Below are positions 18,619-27,775 of a DNA stretch of 64,000 nt, piece by piece. Origin of the DNA: Minisyncoccota bacterium (GTDB lineage: Bacteria > Patescibacteriota > Microgenomatia > UBA1400 > UBA12028); NCBI GenBank assembly GCA_016211945.1, contig JACRHV010000011.1:787-64786 (forward strand). The letters run 5' to 3'. The position numbers were made by a program, and so were the translations under genes. The notes under the pieces were generated by a model. That model saw only the letters and a program-made list of their open reading frames with translations, was not told the origin of the DNA and searched no databases. Within the stretch, counting starts at the first letter, position 1. Each line of letters starts with the position of its first letter.

Positions 18619-19332
18619 TCATTTTTTAGTTGTTTTCGCATTAGCCATACCAATGATTTCTGCAAGTTGAAGGTCTGTTTCATATTTTTGGATGTACCAT
18701 TTCTCAATAAGGAATTCAATCAACCAAATAAGTTTGCTGGCCTCCTCTGGTTCAACATCAATAATGAGATTAATATCTTCCTCCATATGTGCCCCGATAT
18801 TTCCCACCTTTCTTACAGCATCAATAGCAGACCAAACTCCCAACCCTAAATCAGGCTTGCTCTTTATGGCTTGAATTTCATTCCATAGTGTCCATTTTCC
18901 TTTGTGATCTTCAGGTTTTTTAATTCCCCAAAAATGACGAATCATTCCTTGGAGTGCTCTACGAGAAAGTGTGGCTGAAGCTTTTGGACTCAAATTCATG
19001 ATTTTGCACGCCTCCTCATAATCATTAATGATTACTTGAGGAACAATATCGGGTGAAAAAACTTTAGCGGATGAATCAGGAATTAGGTTCCACTCGTTTA
19101 ATAATTCGTTTGTTGCATATCCGTACGCGTTTGGTTTCTGCTTGAGAGTGTATAACGATGCTATTAAAGTCAATTGGTTGCATTCGGTATTTGGACAAAT
19201 AATATAATTAACAATTAATCCTAATTTCCCTTTTTTACTTGGAATAGTACAGTCCACTCTTTCAGCTGTTTCGTTGGTAGAAACAATGGTAGTTGGTAGT
19301 TTACAAAATGGACAAGTCCAGGCGTAACTCAT
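18619..19332 (-). CDS. DUF4145-domain protein with an N-terminal Cys-rich region
   Basis: DYEEAC....SPKASATLSRRALQGMIR, AVRKVGNIGAH. Confidence 0.85.
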   Translation of the reverse strand: MSYAWTCPFCKLPTTIVSTNETAERVDCTIPSKKGKLGLIVNYIICPNTECNQLTLIASLYTLKQKPNAYGYATNELLNEWNLIPDSSAKVFSPDIVPQVIINDYEEACKIMNLSPKASATLSRRALQGMIRHFWGIKKPEDHKGKWTLWNEIQAIKSKPDLGLGVWSAIDAVRKVGNIGAHMEEDINLIIDVEPEEASKLIWLIEFLIEKWYIQKYETDLQLAEIIGMANAKTTKK

Positions 19333-19403
19333 ACACGTCACTATACACCTTTCTATTTTATTTATCCAACGAATTATGAGAGAATCTGCTTCTCATTTAA
19401 ACT

Positions 19404-19598
19404 ATGAAGAAAATTCAACCACTCCTATCTGAACCTCGAATTACTAAAGAAGAATTGGAAAAATTCAAAGAAATTATTCTCAAAGATTATGGAAAAGAAC
19501 TATCTGATCCTGAGGCAACTGAACAGGCGACAGCACTCCTAAATTTCTTTGACTATTTTATTGATAAGAGACACAAAGAAAAAACCTTATCTAGATAA
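19404..19598 (+). CDS. Small helical protein of a type I associate with CPR integrative elements
   Basis: 64 aa, EKFKEI..KDYG.ELSD.EA.EQA..LL. Confidence 0.6.
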   Translation: MKKIQPLLSEPRITKEELEKFKEIILKDYGKELSDPEATEQATALLNFFDYFIDKRHKEKTLSR

Positions 19599-19618
19599 AG
19601 TGCTTTATTGAATAGTTT

Positions 19619-20455
19619 TTACGCGAAAGGGTTTTTTGGAGTGAAGTCTGCACTTCCAATACTTTTTAGTAAATTTTTGTAACCTTCAGCTGGGTAAATG
19701 CAACCTAAAAAGTGCATATCTTGATCTATTTTGTTTGTCTGATCAAACCCACCTATAAATGAAAACTTAGGTTTCCCAATATCGTCCATCTTCGGTATTG
19801 CTTGGCACGATAGCAGCATTGCAAAATCAGCCAAAGGAGATTTCTCTTGTGGACTTATAACAAAACCTGTTTCTTTTAGTGTTCCGTCAGGTTCTCTAAA
19901 TGCAAAATGCGGTTGTTTGGGAATATCCTCGTTTATCTTTCCTTTGAGATCTGTTGCTTTGAACCACCAACCAACAAATTTTACAGCTTCTGGTGATCCG
20001 TCCTTAAATTCAAAGTCCAAATCAATTCTTTTATCACCGAATTTTTTATTTCCATCTCGCAGTTCAAATTCTTCAATACCCTGCATTTGTATTGTAAACA
20101 TATGTCCGTGACTCACATCAAGTCTTCTAGATTGGTTTTTGATTGAAGTAATTATTTTTCCGTCACCTGAAAAATGTGCGACTCCATCCATCGGATGACT
20201 ATACTTGACTAGATGACTCGTTACCTTTCCCTCAGGTAATAAAGAAATGCTAAGAGTACTAAGCTTTTGTGCTGGAAAAGTTAATCGACTCAATAGTCCT
20301 TTGGAGTCAGAGAAATAAGGGAATGTAACCAAATTATGAGTCTTGCCACTTGTTTTTCCAGTATGGAATACAATTTGAAATATCTTGTGAATTCTATCGT
20401 TAATTTTGAGTGAAACTGCAAATCTTTCACTCCTTATGGTAGGTAGCTTTGACAT
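19619..20455 (-). CDS. Hypothetical protein (island cargo)
   Basis: 278-aa AT-rich ORF with no recognised motif. Confidence 0.75.
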   Translation of the reverse strand: MSKLPTIRSERFAVSLKINDRIHKIFQIVFHTGKTSGKTHNLVTFPYFSDSKGLLSRLTFPAQKLSTLSISLLPEGKVTSHLVKYSHPMDGVAHFSGDGKIITSIKNQSRRLDVSHGHMFTIQMQGIEEFELRDGNKKFGDKRIDLDFEFKDGSPEAVKFVGWWFKATDLKGKINEDIPKQPHFAFREPDGTLKETGFVISPQEKSPLADFAMLLSCQAIPKMDDIGKPKFSFIGGFDQTNKIDQDMHFLGCIYPAEGYKNLLKSIGSADFTPKNPFA

Positions 20456-20542
20456 AGTCGTATTTTACTCTTTGATAAGTCATCAACAATGAGTTCGACT
20501 CCCATCTCCGGTATTTTTATTTCCAGGCTAAGCTATAAAAAC

Positions 20543-20566
20543 AAAAAAACCTGGATCGTACCAGGC
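20543..20566 (-). terminator. Intrinsic terminator downstream of tRNA-Gly
   Basis: CCTGG-TACGAT-CCAGG followed by T7 on the minus strand. Confidence 0.6.
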
Positions 20567-20617
20567 TTTAGATTGATTTTCAGACTTAATTTGAGCAAAC
20601 TTTATTTTAGTACCGTT

Positions 20618-20691
20618 TGGAGCGGGTGAAGGGAATCGGACCCTCGTATTCTGCTTGGAAGGCAGACGCTCTGCCACTGAGCTACACCCGC
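20618..20691 (-). tRNA. tRNA-Gly(TCC), encoded CCA, T-loop TCCGATT (C55)
   Basis: GCGGGTG acceptor; TCTGC-CTTCCAA-GCAGA. Confidence 0.95.
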
Positions 20692-20743
20692 AAAAGGTTC
20701 TCGGGTATTGTACCAAAAGATATATAATGTTTCATATCAAACC

Positions 20744-20917
20744 ATGAAAGAAGAATCTTCACTAAAAAAGGCGGGGCAGGAATTCGAGAACAGATATTGC
20801 GTATGTTCCAGATGTGGAACTACTCACATCGTTACAATAGAAAAAAGAACTTTCTCCGGCCCCTCCAACCTTGAGTGTCCAAAATGCCACGTCATCACTC
20901 CTCACCAGCTCAATTAA
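20744..20917 (+). CDS. Small zinc-ribbon protein
   Basis: CSRC...CPKC in 57 aa; TATAAT upstream. Confidence 0.5.
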   Translation: MKEESSLKKAGQEFENRYCVCSRCGTTHIVTIEKRTFSGPSNLECPKCHVITPHQLN

Positions 20918-20936
20918 ATGGTACAATCTGCACGCT

Positions 20937-22352
20937 ATGCACACAGGGAAAAAAACAAAAATTGTCGCTACACTGGGTCCAGTATCCGATAGTCCGGAAA
21001 AAATTCATGCCCTCATCCAAGCAGGCGTGAATATCTTCCGATTTAACATGAAACACGCGGACATCGCGTGGCACAATGAACGCATTCTTCGCGTGCAAAA
21101 CATTGCGGATTCACTCGGAGTATCTATTGGAATTTTGATTGATCTCCAAGGCCCGGAGATTCGCATAGAAACGACCAACGCCGCAGATATTTCACTGAAA
21201 AAAGGAGCACATATTGTATTTGCGCACGAGTTTCGCGGAACAGAACCTCTCGTTCGCATTCCACAACAACTGGTGTTTGATGTGCTCAATACTGGTGACG
21301 AATTTTCAATTGATGATGGATTTTTGGAGTTTCGTGTGATTGAAAAACAGGATAACGCATTTGTGGCAGAAGCACTGGATGATTGTGTGATTAAACATCG
21401 TAAGGGAATGAACATTCCTGGCAAAGATATTGATCTCCCATCGCTCATTGACGACGATTTGAAAAAACTTGATATGGCGGCAAAAACAAAAGTTGATTTT
21501 GTTGCGTTGTCATTTAGCAGGACAAAAGAAGACATAGAGATTCTTCGCGAGGAAATGAAGAAGCGCAACGTCAACGCGCATGTGGTCGCAAAAATTGAGA
21601 GCCAGCAAGCCCTGGATCATCTGGATGATTTAATCGAGGCATCGGACGCCATTATGGTTGCGCGTGGCGACCTTGGTATAGAAGTCCCCATAGAAGAGCT
21701 CGCGTATTGGCAAAAACTGATTATCACTAAATGCCGCATAGCAAGAAAACCGGTGATCACCGCAACACAAATGTTGCAGTCCATGATCGATAATCCCCGC
21801 CCAACTCGGGCAGAAGCCACCGATGTCGCAAACGCGGTATTTGACGGTACGGATGCTGTCATGCTATCCGGTGAGTCAGCTAGCGGACGTTTTCCTGTAA
21901 AAGCTGTTTCTGCTATGGCACGAATCGCAAAATTTAATGAGGACAAGACCTCCGTTCCGCATATTCGCATTGAACAAGATGGAACCACGGAGCTTGTGGT
22001 GGATGCCGCGGTCGCAATGTTAGAAAAACACCAAAACATCACGATTGACGCTGTTATTGTGTTTACGGAAACTGGCCACACCGCACGGGCAATCTCAAGT
22101 TTCCGTCCAAAAGTTCCGATTATCGCAGTCACCGACCACCAAAAAACAGTAGAAACGCTCACGCTATCATATGGCGTGATAAGCGTGTTTGCAGAGTTTC
22201 CATCAGGCTCATTTGAATCGGCTGAGGGTATGCTCCATCAATTAAAAAAGTCACAACATATTCGCGAAGGGCAAACGGTGCTCATTATTCACGGTGTGCA
22301 TTGGAAACAGCCCGGCCTCACAAACTCACTTTCAATTGTAAAAGTGGCATAA
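20937..22352 (+). CDS. pyk: Pyruvate kinase
   Basis: KTKIVATLGP, DLQGPEIR, AKIE, MVARGDLG, ATQMLQSM, DAVMLSGE. Confidence 0.97.
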   Translation: MHTGKKTKIVATLGPVSDSPEKIHALIQAGVNIFRFNMKHADIAWHNERILRVQNIADSLGVSIGILIDLQGPEIRIETTNAADISLKKGAHIVFAHEFRGTEPLVRIPQQLVFDVLNTGDEFSIDDGFLEFRVIEKQDNAFVAEALDDCVIKHRKGMNIPGKDIDLPSLIDDDLKKLDMAAKTKVDFVALSFSRTKEDIEILREEMKKRNVNAHVVAKIESQQALDHLDDLIEASDAIMVARGDLGIEVPIEELAYWQKLIITKCRIARKPVITATQMLQSMIDNPRPTRAEATDVANAVFDGTDAVMLSGESASGRFPVKAVSAMARIAKFNEDKTSVPHIRIEQDGTTELVVDAAVAMLEKHQNITIDAVIVFTETGHTARAISSFRPKVPIIAVTDHQKTVETLTLSYGVISVFAEFPSGSFESAEGMLHQLKKSQHIREGQTVLIIHGVHWKQPGLTNSLSIVKVA

Positions 22353-22353
22353 G

Positions 22354-23745
22354 TTATCTCACCATCTGTACAAGACTGTAAAAACCAAAACCCGCATAAA
22401 AACAAGCGGCAATACCTAAAATGATGCGACGCCACAACGACGTCCTCAACTCAAATTTCAGCACTGTCGTATTTATCCACACCGTCATGATGACGTGCAC
22501 AAACATCGCGATTGCGTTGAGTACCGCAGCAAAGGTGATAAGCATGAGCGGTTCGCGAAACCCCAAAAAGAAAACAATAATACCTGCGATGATTTGCAAC
22601 CATAACACAAGGTAATAGAGCGGTCGAAGATACGATCCTTTTTGTAGTCCCGGAATACCAAGTAATAACGTGTTTTCTGCTAATATTCTGCTTGATGCGT
22701 CAAAAATGGTGAGCTGCGTACCAAATAACGTTAATCCTGCAATAAGTAAAAAGAGTCCGCCAAACATCGGCATTGTTCGTTGCCCAATAACAACTGCTTC
22801 CTCTATAACAAACTGGATTCCTTGTGAAACAGGCGCTCCATACTGTGTGATATATGCAAGCAAGGATAAGCAAAGAATAGTGACTGCCCCCGTAAGCCAA
22901 AACACCAGCCAATGTTCCGTGTTTATAGTGGTCCACCATGCGCGGAAACGACGAAGTTGTGCGGGAGTATGTTCAAACGTGGATCCTGTTAATGACAAAG
23001 CTTCACTTTTGCCGAGAAGTATACTCGTAATTCTTCCAGCGTACTTTCCCATTCCATACCCTTTTTCTTTCACATAATACGACTGTGCGAGATTAAGATT
23101 TCCCCCCGCGCCAGAATAGGCAAAGGCTGCTAAAAATGATGCGATTGAAATTCCCGCAGGTAAGAATTGATATCCATTGCCAAAACCCACAATGCCGCGA
23201 ATGAGATCCATCCAATGGGAAGCGTGTGCAAGATATACAGATAATCCCACAACAGTGGGAATACTCACCATGATGAGTACCTTTTGAAATGTTTCTACTG
23301 TTTTGTACAGCACCGGACCGAATGTGAGTACGAGACCGATACATATCAACATGATGATCGCGACAACGCTACTGTCTTTCCATCCAAAAAGGGAAGAAAG
23401 AAGTACCGCCGACGCCGCAATAATACCCGGCCAAATCCACGGAACAAATGTTGAGAGAAGAAACCACAACGGCGACCACCAAAATTTTCTTTTGTATCCA
23501 ACAAAAACACTTTCTCCGTGTGCAAGCGCATATCGCTCAATCTCCATATTCATGAAAAATTGAAAGGTGAGCCCCAAAAGCGCGCCCCATATAATACCCA
23601 TACCGAATCGTGAAACTAAGTACGGCCAAAGAACAACCTCACCACTACCCAAACCAAGACCCAACAATATGACACTTGGACCAAAGACTTTAAGCAGAGA
23701 TGGAGCGGGCGGGAGTTCACGAATATTCAAGCGAGCAATAGGCAT
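22354..23745 (-). CDS. Nramp-related divalent metal transporter
   Basis: GP......GLGSGEVVLWP, E..RY....GES, about 11 TM helices. Confidence 0.8.
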   Translation of the reverse strand: MPIARLNIRELPPAPSLLKVFGPSVILLGLGLGSGEVVLWPYLVSRFGMGIIWGALLGLTFQFFMNMEIERYALAHGESVFVGYKRKFWWSPLWFLLSTFVPWIWPGIIAASAVLLSSLFGWKDSSVVAIIMLICIGLVLTFGPVLYKTVETFQKVLIMVSIPTVVGLSVYLAHASHWMDLIRGIVGFGNGYQFLPAGISIASFLAAFAYSGAGGNLNLAQSYYVKEKGYGMGKYAGRITSILLGKSEALSLTGSTFEHTPAQLRRFRAWWTTINTEHWLVFWLTGAVTILCLSLLAYITQYGAPVSQGIQFVIEEAVVIGQRTMPMFGGLFLLIAGLTLFGTQLTIFDASSRILAENTLLLGIPGLQKGSYLRPLYYLVLWLQIIAGIIVFFLGFREPLMLITFAAVLNAIAMFVHVIMTVWINTTVLKFELRTSLWRRIILGIAACFYAGFGFYSLVQMVR

Positions 23746-23762
23746 GATACACTCATCGTAGC

Positions 23763-24260
23763 ATGAAAAAAACAGTGAACAAAGATTATTTTCGAAGTGC
23801 GTTGTTTGGTTCTGAGGACGCGTTAGTTTCCACAACGGGGACTGTTGTCGGAATCAGCGCGGGAACTTCAAATACATCATTTATCATTTTGGCTGCATTG
23901 GTCACGGTTATTGTTGAGGCACTCTCTATGGGAACCGGGGAGTATCTCACAGAAAAATCGGTCCATGAGCTCGATCGGTTCCGATGGTTGAAAAAGAGCA
24001 GGCCGTCTATGGGTGGTCTTGTTATGTTTTTTTCATATTTGGGTGCGGGACTTATTCCCGTTATCCCAATTATCATTCTTCCGTATCCTACGTCAGCAGT
24101 ATTGAGTACGTTTGCTGCATTTTTCGGTTTGTTTACATTGGGATACATAAAAGGGAGGGTTGTTGGAATAACGCCAATAAAAAGTGGATTTCAGGTGTTG
24201 TTGGTTGGAGGAATAGCGACCTTGGCTGGGTTGGTGGTGGGGATTATGTTGCGGAAGTAA
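23763..24260 (+). CDS. VIT1/CCC1 family metal transporter
   Basis: FGSEDALVS, ALSMGTGEYL, SY..AGLIPVIP. Confidence 0.88.
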   Translation: MKKTVNKDYFRSALFGSEDALVSTTGTVVGISAGTSNTSFIILAALVTVIVEALSMGTGEYLTEKSVHELDRFRWLKKSRPSMGGLVMFFSYLGAGLIPVIPIIILPYPTSAVLSTFAAFFGLFTLGYIKGRVVGITPIKSGFQVLLVGGIATLAGLVVGIMLRK

Positions 24261-24293
24261 GAAAGTTTTTATTCGAAATAAAAAAGGAGCACT

Positions 24294-24572
24294 ATGTCGT
24301 GGCCAGATGTCCGTGAACGAATGTATGGTATTGATGAAATCGTTTCTGTTCTCAAAAACAAACTTCGAGTAGATGACGAATATATTGATCAAAAAATAAG
24401 AAGAATGGACATTGCTCCACTTGGGGATGCTGACAGAGCTCTTGTTTACTCAGCCATACGTCTTCTTCTTGATAGTGAAGTTCAAGGTGGTCAACTCGGT
24501 GAGTTTGCTCTTCATAATCCTCACACAATCATTATTTCAATAGAAATGATAGCGGAAAACCTAGATCCCTAA
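24294..24572 (+). CDS. Hypothetical protein
   Basis: 92-aa ORF with an AAGGAG SD. Confidence 0.6.
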   Translation: MSWPDVRERMYGIDEIVSVLKNKLRVDDEYIDQKIRRMDIAPLGDADRALVYSAIRLLLDSEVQGGQLGEFALHNPHTIIISIEMIAENLDP

Positions 24573-24597
24573 TAATTTTTGGACATTTTCTGTAATG

Positions 24598-24670
24598 TCG
24601 GGGCGGAGAGACTCGAACTCTCGACCTCCCGCTCCCAAAGCGGGCACTCTACCAACTGAGCCACGCCCCG
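24598..24670 (-). tRNA. tRNA-Pro(TGG)
   Basis: CGGGGCG acceptor; CCCGC-TTTGGGA-GCGGG. Confidence 0.95.
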
Positions 24671-24723
24671 AATGTAGGCTATTGTAGCAAATCAGACGGA
24701 AAACACCGAGGGGAAAACTTGAG

Positions 24724-24807
24724 TGGGCGAAGAGGGACTCGAACCCTCACGATCTTGCAATCACAACTTTTTAAGAGTTGAGCGTCTACCAATTCCGCCA
24801 TTCGCCC
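24724..24807 (-). tRNA. tRNA-Leu(TAA), uninterrupted
   Basis: CAACT-CTTAAAA-AGTTG; long variable arm. Confidence 0.95.
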
Positions 24808-25270
24808 CTTTATTTCTCCCTCTATGTGTGAGTTGTAAACTGTGGCAATTTGGACAAAGAATCCTTAAATTTTGAATTCTATTGTCATCATGACAACCAT
24901 TAATATGGTCCAACTCTAGTGGTAATCTACCATCTTCCGACATTTTTGACCAGCCACATATTTCGCACCATCGGTTCTTCAGTCCTTCTTTAAATAATCG
25001 ATGTTTTAATTGATACGACTGTATTATTGAGCCTTTTATAAGAAGAAGCTCTAGCGCTTTCGGTTTGTTCGGTTGGAATAATAACCCCCTATTCCATCCC
25101 ATACCTAAAAAATGATCTGTATTGAGATTTAATTCTCGAACGTATCGTTTAATGTGTTTGTAGTTTCCTCCTGCTTCTACAAGTCCTAAAGCAAAAAGAA
25201 CTTGCCTAATACTCCTTGAGTTTTTCACCGCAGAAACAAGCTGGGACGTTGTCCACCTTCTCTTTGTCAT
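24761..25270 (-). CDS. HNH endonuclease whose last codons lie inside tRNA-Leu(TAA)
   Basis: CEICG...LELDHING...DNR..NLRILCPNCHS; C-terminal GANGGIGRRSTLKKL is read from the tRNA. Confidence 0.88.
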   Translation of the reverse strand: MTKRRWTTSQLVSAVKNSRSIRQVLFALGLVEAGGNYKHIKRYVRELNLNTDHFLGMGWNRGLLFQPNKPKALELLLIKGSIIQSYQLKHRLFKEGLKNRWCEICGWSKMSEDGRLPLELDHINGCHDDNRIQNLRILCPNCHSLQLTHRGRNKGANGGIGRRSTLKKL

Positions 25271-25305
25271 AGACAACATCTCATTATAGTAGAGTTTCTC
25301 TATTA

Positions 25306-26307
25306 TTACAACTGTTTTTGGAAAAATTGCACATCTCTTTCTACCACCTGTGACCATTTTCCTCGAGAAAAATTGTGATCCTCACCCTCATACACAAAGT
25401 AATTCACGCTATTTCCGTTTGCCTTTAGCTTCGCATATACATCATTTGACCAAGCAACCGGAACCAACGCATCTGCCGTCCCCTGATGAAGTTGGATTGG
25501 CGCACGAATGTCTTCCACATGTGATTGAATCGAGTAATCTTCGTCTTTATACCGCTCATGAAACAGATCAAGCTGTCCCCTCAAATACTCACCCTTATCC
25601 GGCAGTTCATCGACAAATTGCAGAATAGAATCCGGAAACTTTTGTGAGACCGGTGCCCAAAGGACCGTGGGATACGGACGTTTGCTGATTTCTAGTACAG
25701 ATAACACGATCTGCCCCCCATTGCTGTGCCCCCACAACCCCACCCGCCGGGTATCAACCTGCGGCAGACTCCCCAACGAGGCCAACAGATTCAGAACCGT
25801 CACCGGCTTTTCAAATCGAGCCTCCAACATATCCGCGGATTCACTCGCAGAGTTCCCGTATCCTAAAAAATCTGGTGCTATGGTCACATATCTGTGCTTT
25901 GCGTACACTTCTGCGGCGCGACGCGTCCCAACCCCCGGAACATAGATTTCTTTGTCCACATATCCGCGCACCATCACAAGAACGGGATGTTTTCCGCTTG
26001 TGCTGGGTATATGAACTTGGCCGGAAACCTTTTTTCCGTCACTGAAAAATGAAAAAAGGTACGTCGTAAAATCAGCAGTTTTCTCGGTCATTTTTTCCAA
26101 TTGAATGGGAGAAGATTGATACCTCCGTTGAGCCAAACGGTCAAATGTGTATTGGTCCAAGATGCGATGATACTCGGTGACTTGTAAATCTGGAGCTGCT
26201 GATCGCATGGGTGCATACAAGAAGCGATATCCGGCAAAAGTCAAAAAGACAATGCCTAAAATGAGACATAAGACGCTCGCTGACCGCGAATACGCACGAC
26301 GAGTCAT
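25306..26307 (-). CDS. Membrane-anchored alpha/beta hydrolase (S9 peptidase-like)
   Basis: GLWGHSNGG, LHQGTAD, DHNF triad; N-terminal TM helix. Confidence 0.85.
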   Translation of the reverse strand: MTRRAYSRSASVLCLILGIVFLTFAGYRFLYAPMRSAAPDLQVTEYHRILDQYTFDRLAQRRYQSSPIQLEKMTEKTADFTTYLFSFFSDGKKVSGQVHIPSTSGKHPVLVMVRGYVDKEIYVPGVGTRRAAEVYAKHRYVTIAPDFLGYGNSASESADMLEARFEKPVTVLNLLASLGSLPQVDTRRVGLWGHSNGGQIVLSVLEISKRPYPTVLWAPVSQKFPDSILQFVDELPDKGEYLRGQLDLFHERYKDEDYSIQSHVEDIRAPIQLHQGTADALVPVAWSNDVYAKLKANGNSVNYFVYEGEDHNFSRGKWSQVVERDVQFFQKQL

Positions 26308-26308
26308 G

Positions 26309-27037
26309 TTATCGTACATCCTGTATTGAACATGCGCGCAGTTCTTGTTCTGTCGCATGCCTCCACCTACCCACAGGCAATGCACCAAGTTCAAATGGGC
26401 CCATTTTTACACGAATAAGGCGTAATACTTCGAGGTTGAGACTGCCGCACATGCGACGAATCTGCCGATTTTTTCCTTCGTGAATCGTAACAACAATCCA
26501 CGTGTTTCCGTGGTCGTGTTTGAGGGGAGAGACCTCCGCGGGAGCCGTCATGCCATCAGAAAGGTGCACTCCCGAACGCAATGCATTCAGAGCCGTATTC
26601 CCGGGGCTTCCGGCAATAAGGACATGATACGTTTTGGGCACAATGAACTTGGGATGTGTAAGTCTATAGGCGAGATCTCCATCATCTGTCATGAGTATTA
26701 GTCCTTCAGAATTGATATCGAGAAGGCCTACCGGGTATACACGAGTGCCACGTGGAACTAACGAGATCACAACGGGTTTTCCGTCTGGGTCGGATACCGA
26801 TGACACATAGTTGATCGGTTTGTGCACAACATAGTACAGATGTCGTTGTGTGGGAAGTTCAATGCGTTTTCCTTGCATTTCCACACGATCGTGGTCGGGA
26901 TCAATCCGTGTAGCCACATTTTTTACTACAGTTCCGTTCACACATACTTTCCCCTGCAAGATAAGTTCCTCGCTTGCTCTGCGAGAAGCAATGCCAGCGT
27001 GCGCCAAAAATGCATGGAGTTTTACTGATTGTCCCAT
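26309..27037 (-). CDS. RsuA/RluB-family rRNA pseudouridine synthase
   Basis: S4 domain ASRRASEELI..GKV.VNG, HKP, VGLLD (canonical GRLD), EGKNRQIRRM. Confidence 0.92.
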   Translation of the reverse strand: MGQSVKLHAFLAHAGIASRRASEELILQGKVCVNGTVVKNVATRIDPDHDRVEMQGKRIELPTQRHLYYVVHKPINYVSSVSDPDGKPVVISLVPRGTRVYPVGLLDINSEGLILMTDDGDLAYRLTHPKFIVPKTYHVLIAGSPGNTALNALRSGVHLSDGMTAPAEVSPLKHDHGNTWIVVTIHEGKNRQIRRMCGSLNLEVLRLIRVKMGPFELGALPVGRWRHATEQELRACSIQDVR

Positions 27038-27057
27038 AGTGGGGGTATTATAGTCCC

Positions 27058-27708
27058 TCAGGGATACTGTTGGTAAAAGGTAATCTGCGCTTTATCTTGC
27101 AGTGACTTTGACCAACTCGCGTACACTGTATCCAGTTTTTCCCGTTGGAGATTGTTCCGTATTTGATTTCTCATAGACACAAGTTCCTCTTGCTTCGCGC
27201 CTTTTGGCGGATTCATTTTTTGCAACGTGTCATCAACATCTTTTTCCGTGATGACAGCGTCTTTGATAATCATTTTCACCACGAGTTTTTGAACGCGAAC
27301 TTGGTCCTTTAGATCATCCATTGTAAGATGACGCTCTGCGAGAAACGCATCCATCTCTTTACCTTGACTTTTTAAACTTTCCTGTAATTTGGTGATCTCA
27401 TCCTGTATTTCCAGGTCAGATACCGTCATACCATTTTTTTCTGCTTCTTCCAAAATCAACTGTTTCGAAACCATGGAACCCAATACGGACTTGCCATACT
27501 GCTTTTCAAGAGCTTGTAGCATGTCCCAACGTGTCACATATGTTTTATTTATTTTTGCAACAAGAAATGCTGATCGCTTCCAGTACACCACAATACCAAG
27601 AACACCCCCCAATAATAAGAAGGCAAGAACAAAAATAATCGCGAGGAGAAGTCCCGATGTTCTATTTTTTATCCGATTTTCCTGTTTCATTTTTTGCATG
27701 TTCGCCAT
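27058..27708 (-). CDS. SurA N-terminal/PrsA-like foldase chaperone
   Basis: TM anchor, VAKIN, L..MV..QLILEEA...G.TVSD.EI. Confidence 0.75.
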   Translation of the reverse strand: MANMQKMKQENRIKNRTSGLLLAIIFVLAFLLLGGVLGIVVYWKRSAFLVAKINKTYVTRWDMLQALEKQYGKSVLGSMVSKQLILEEAEKNGMTVSDLEIQDEITKLQESLKSQGKEMDAFLAERHLTMDDLKDQVRVQKLVVKMIIKDAVITEKDVDDTLQKMNPPKGAKQEELVSMRNQIRNNLQREKLDTVYASWSKSLQDKAQITFYQQYP

Positions 27709-27775
27709 ATAACTCCTTTGTTTCCCACGACCATACGTTTACTATACAGTGAAAATTTTTTCTTACCACCACCTC

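Larger units (their letters stand above)
18503..20691. mobile_element. Small AT-rich island remnant integrated at tRNA-Gly(TCC)
   Basis: Left end TTGGAGCTGGAGACGG..CTCGAACC mimics the antisense tRNA-Gly 3' end TTGGAGCGGGTGAAGG; three cargo ORFs; no intact integrase. Confidence 0.6.

Noticed and set aside
24724..24807. Possible group I intron in tRNA-Leu(TAA), Gln or Val, given the adjacent endonuclease genes
   Set aside because: All three cloverleaves are contiguous, and the ORFs lie 5' of the tRNAs with no visible intron core.
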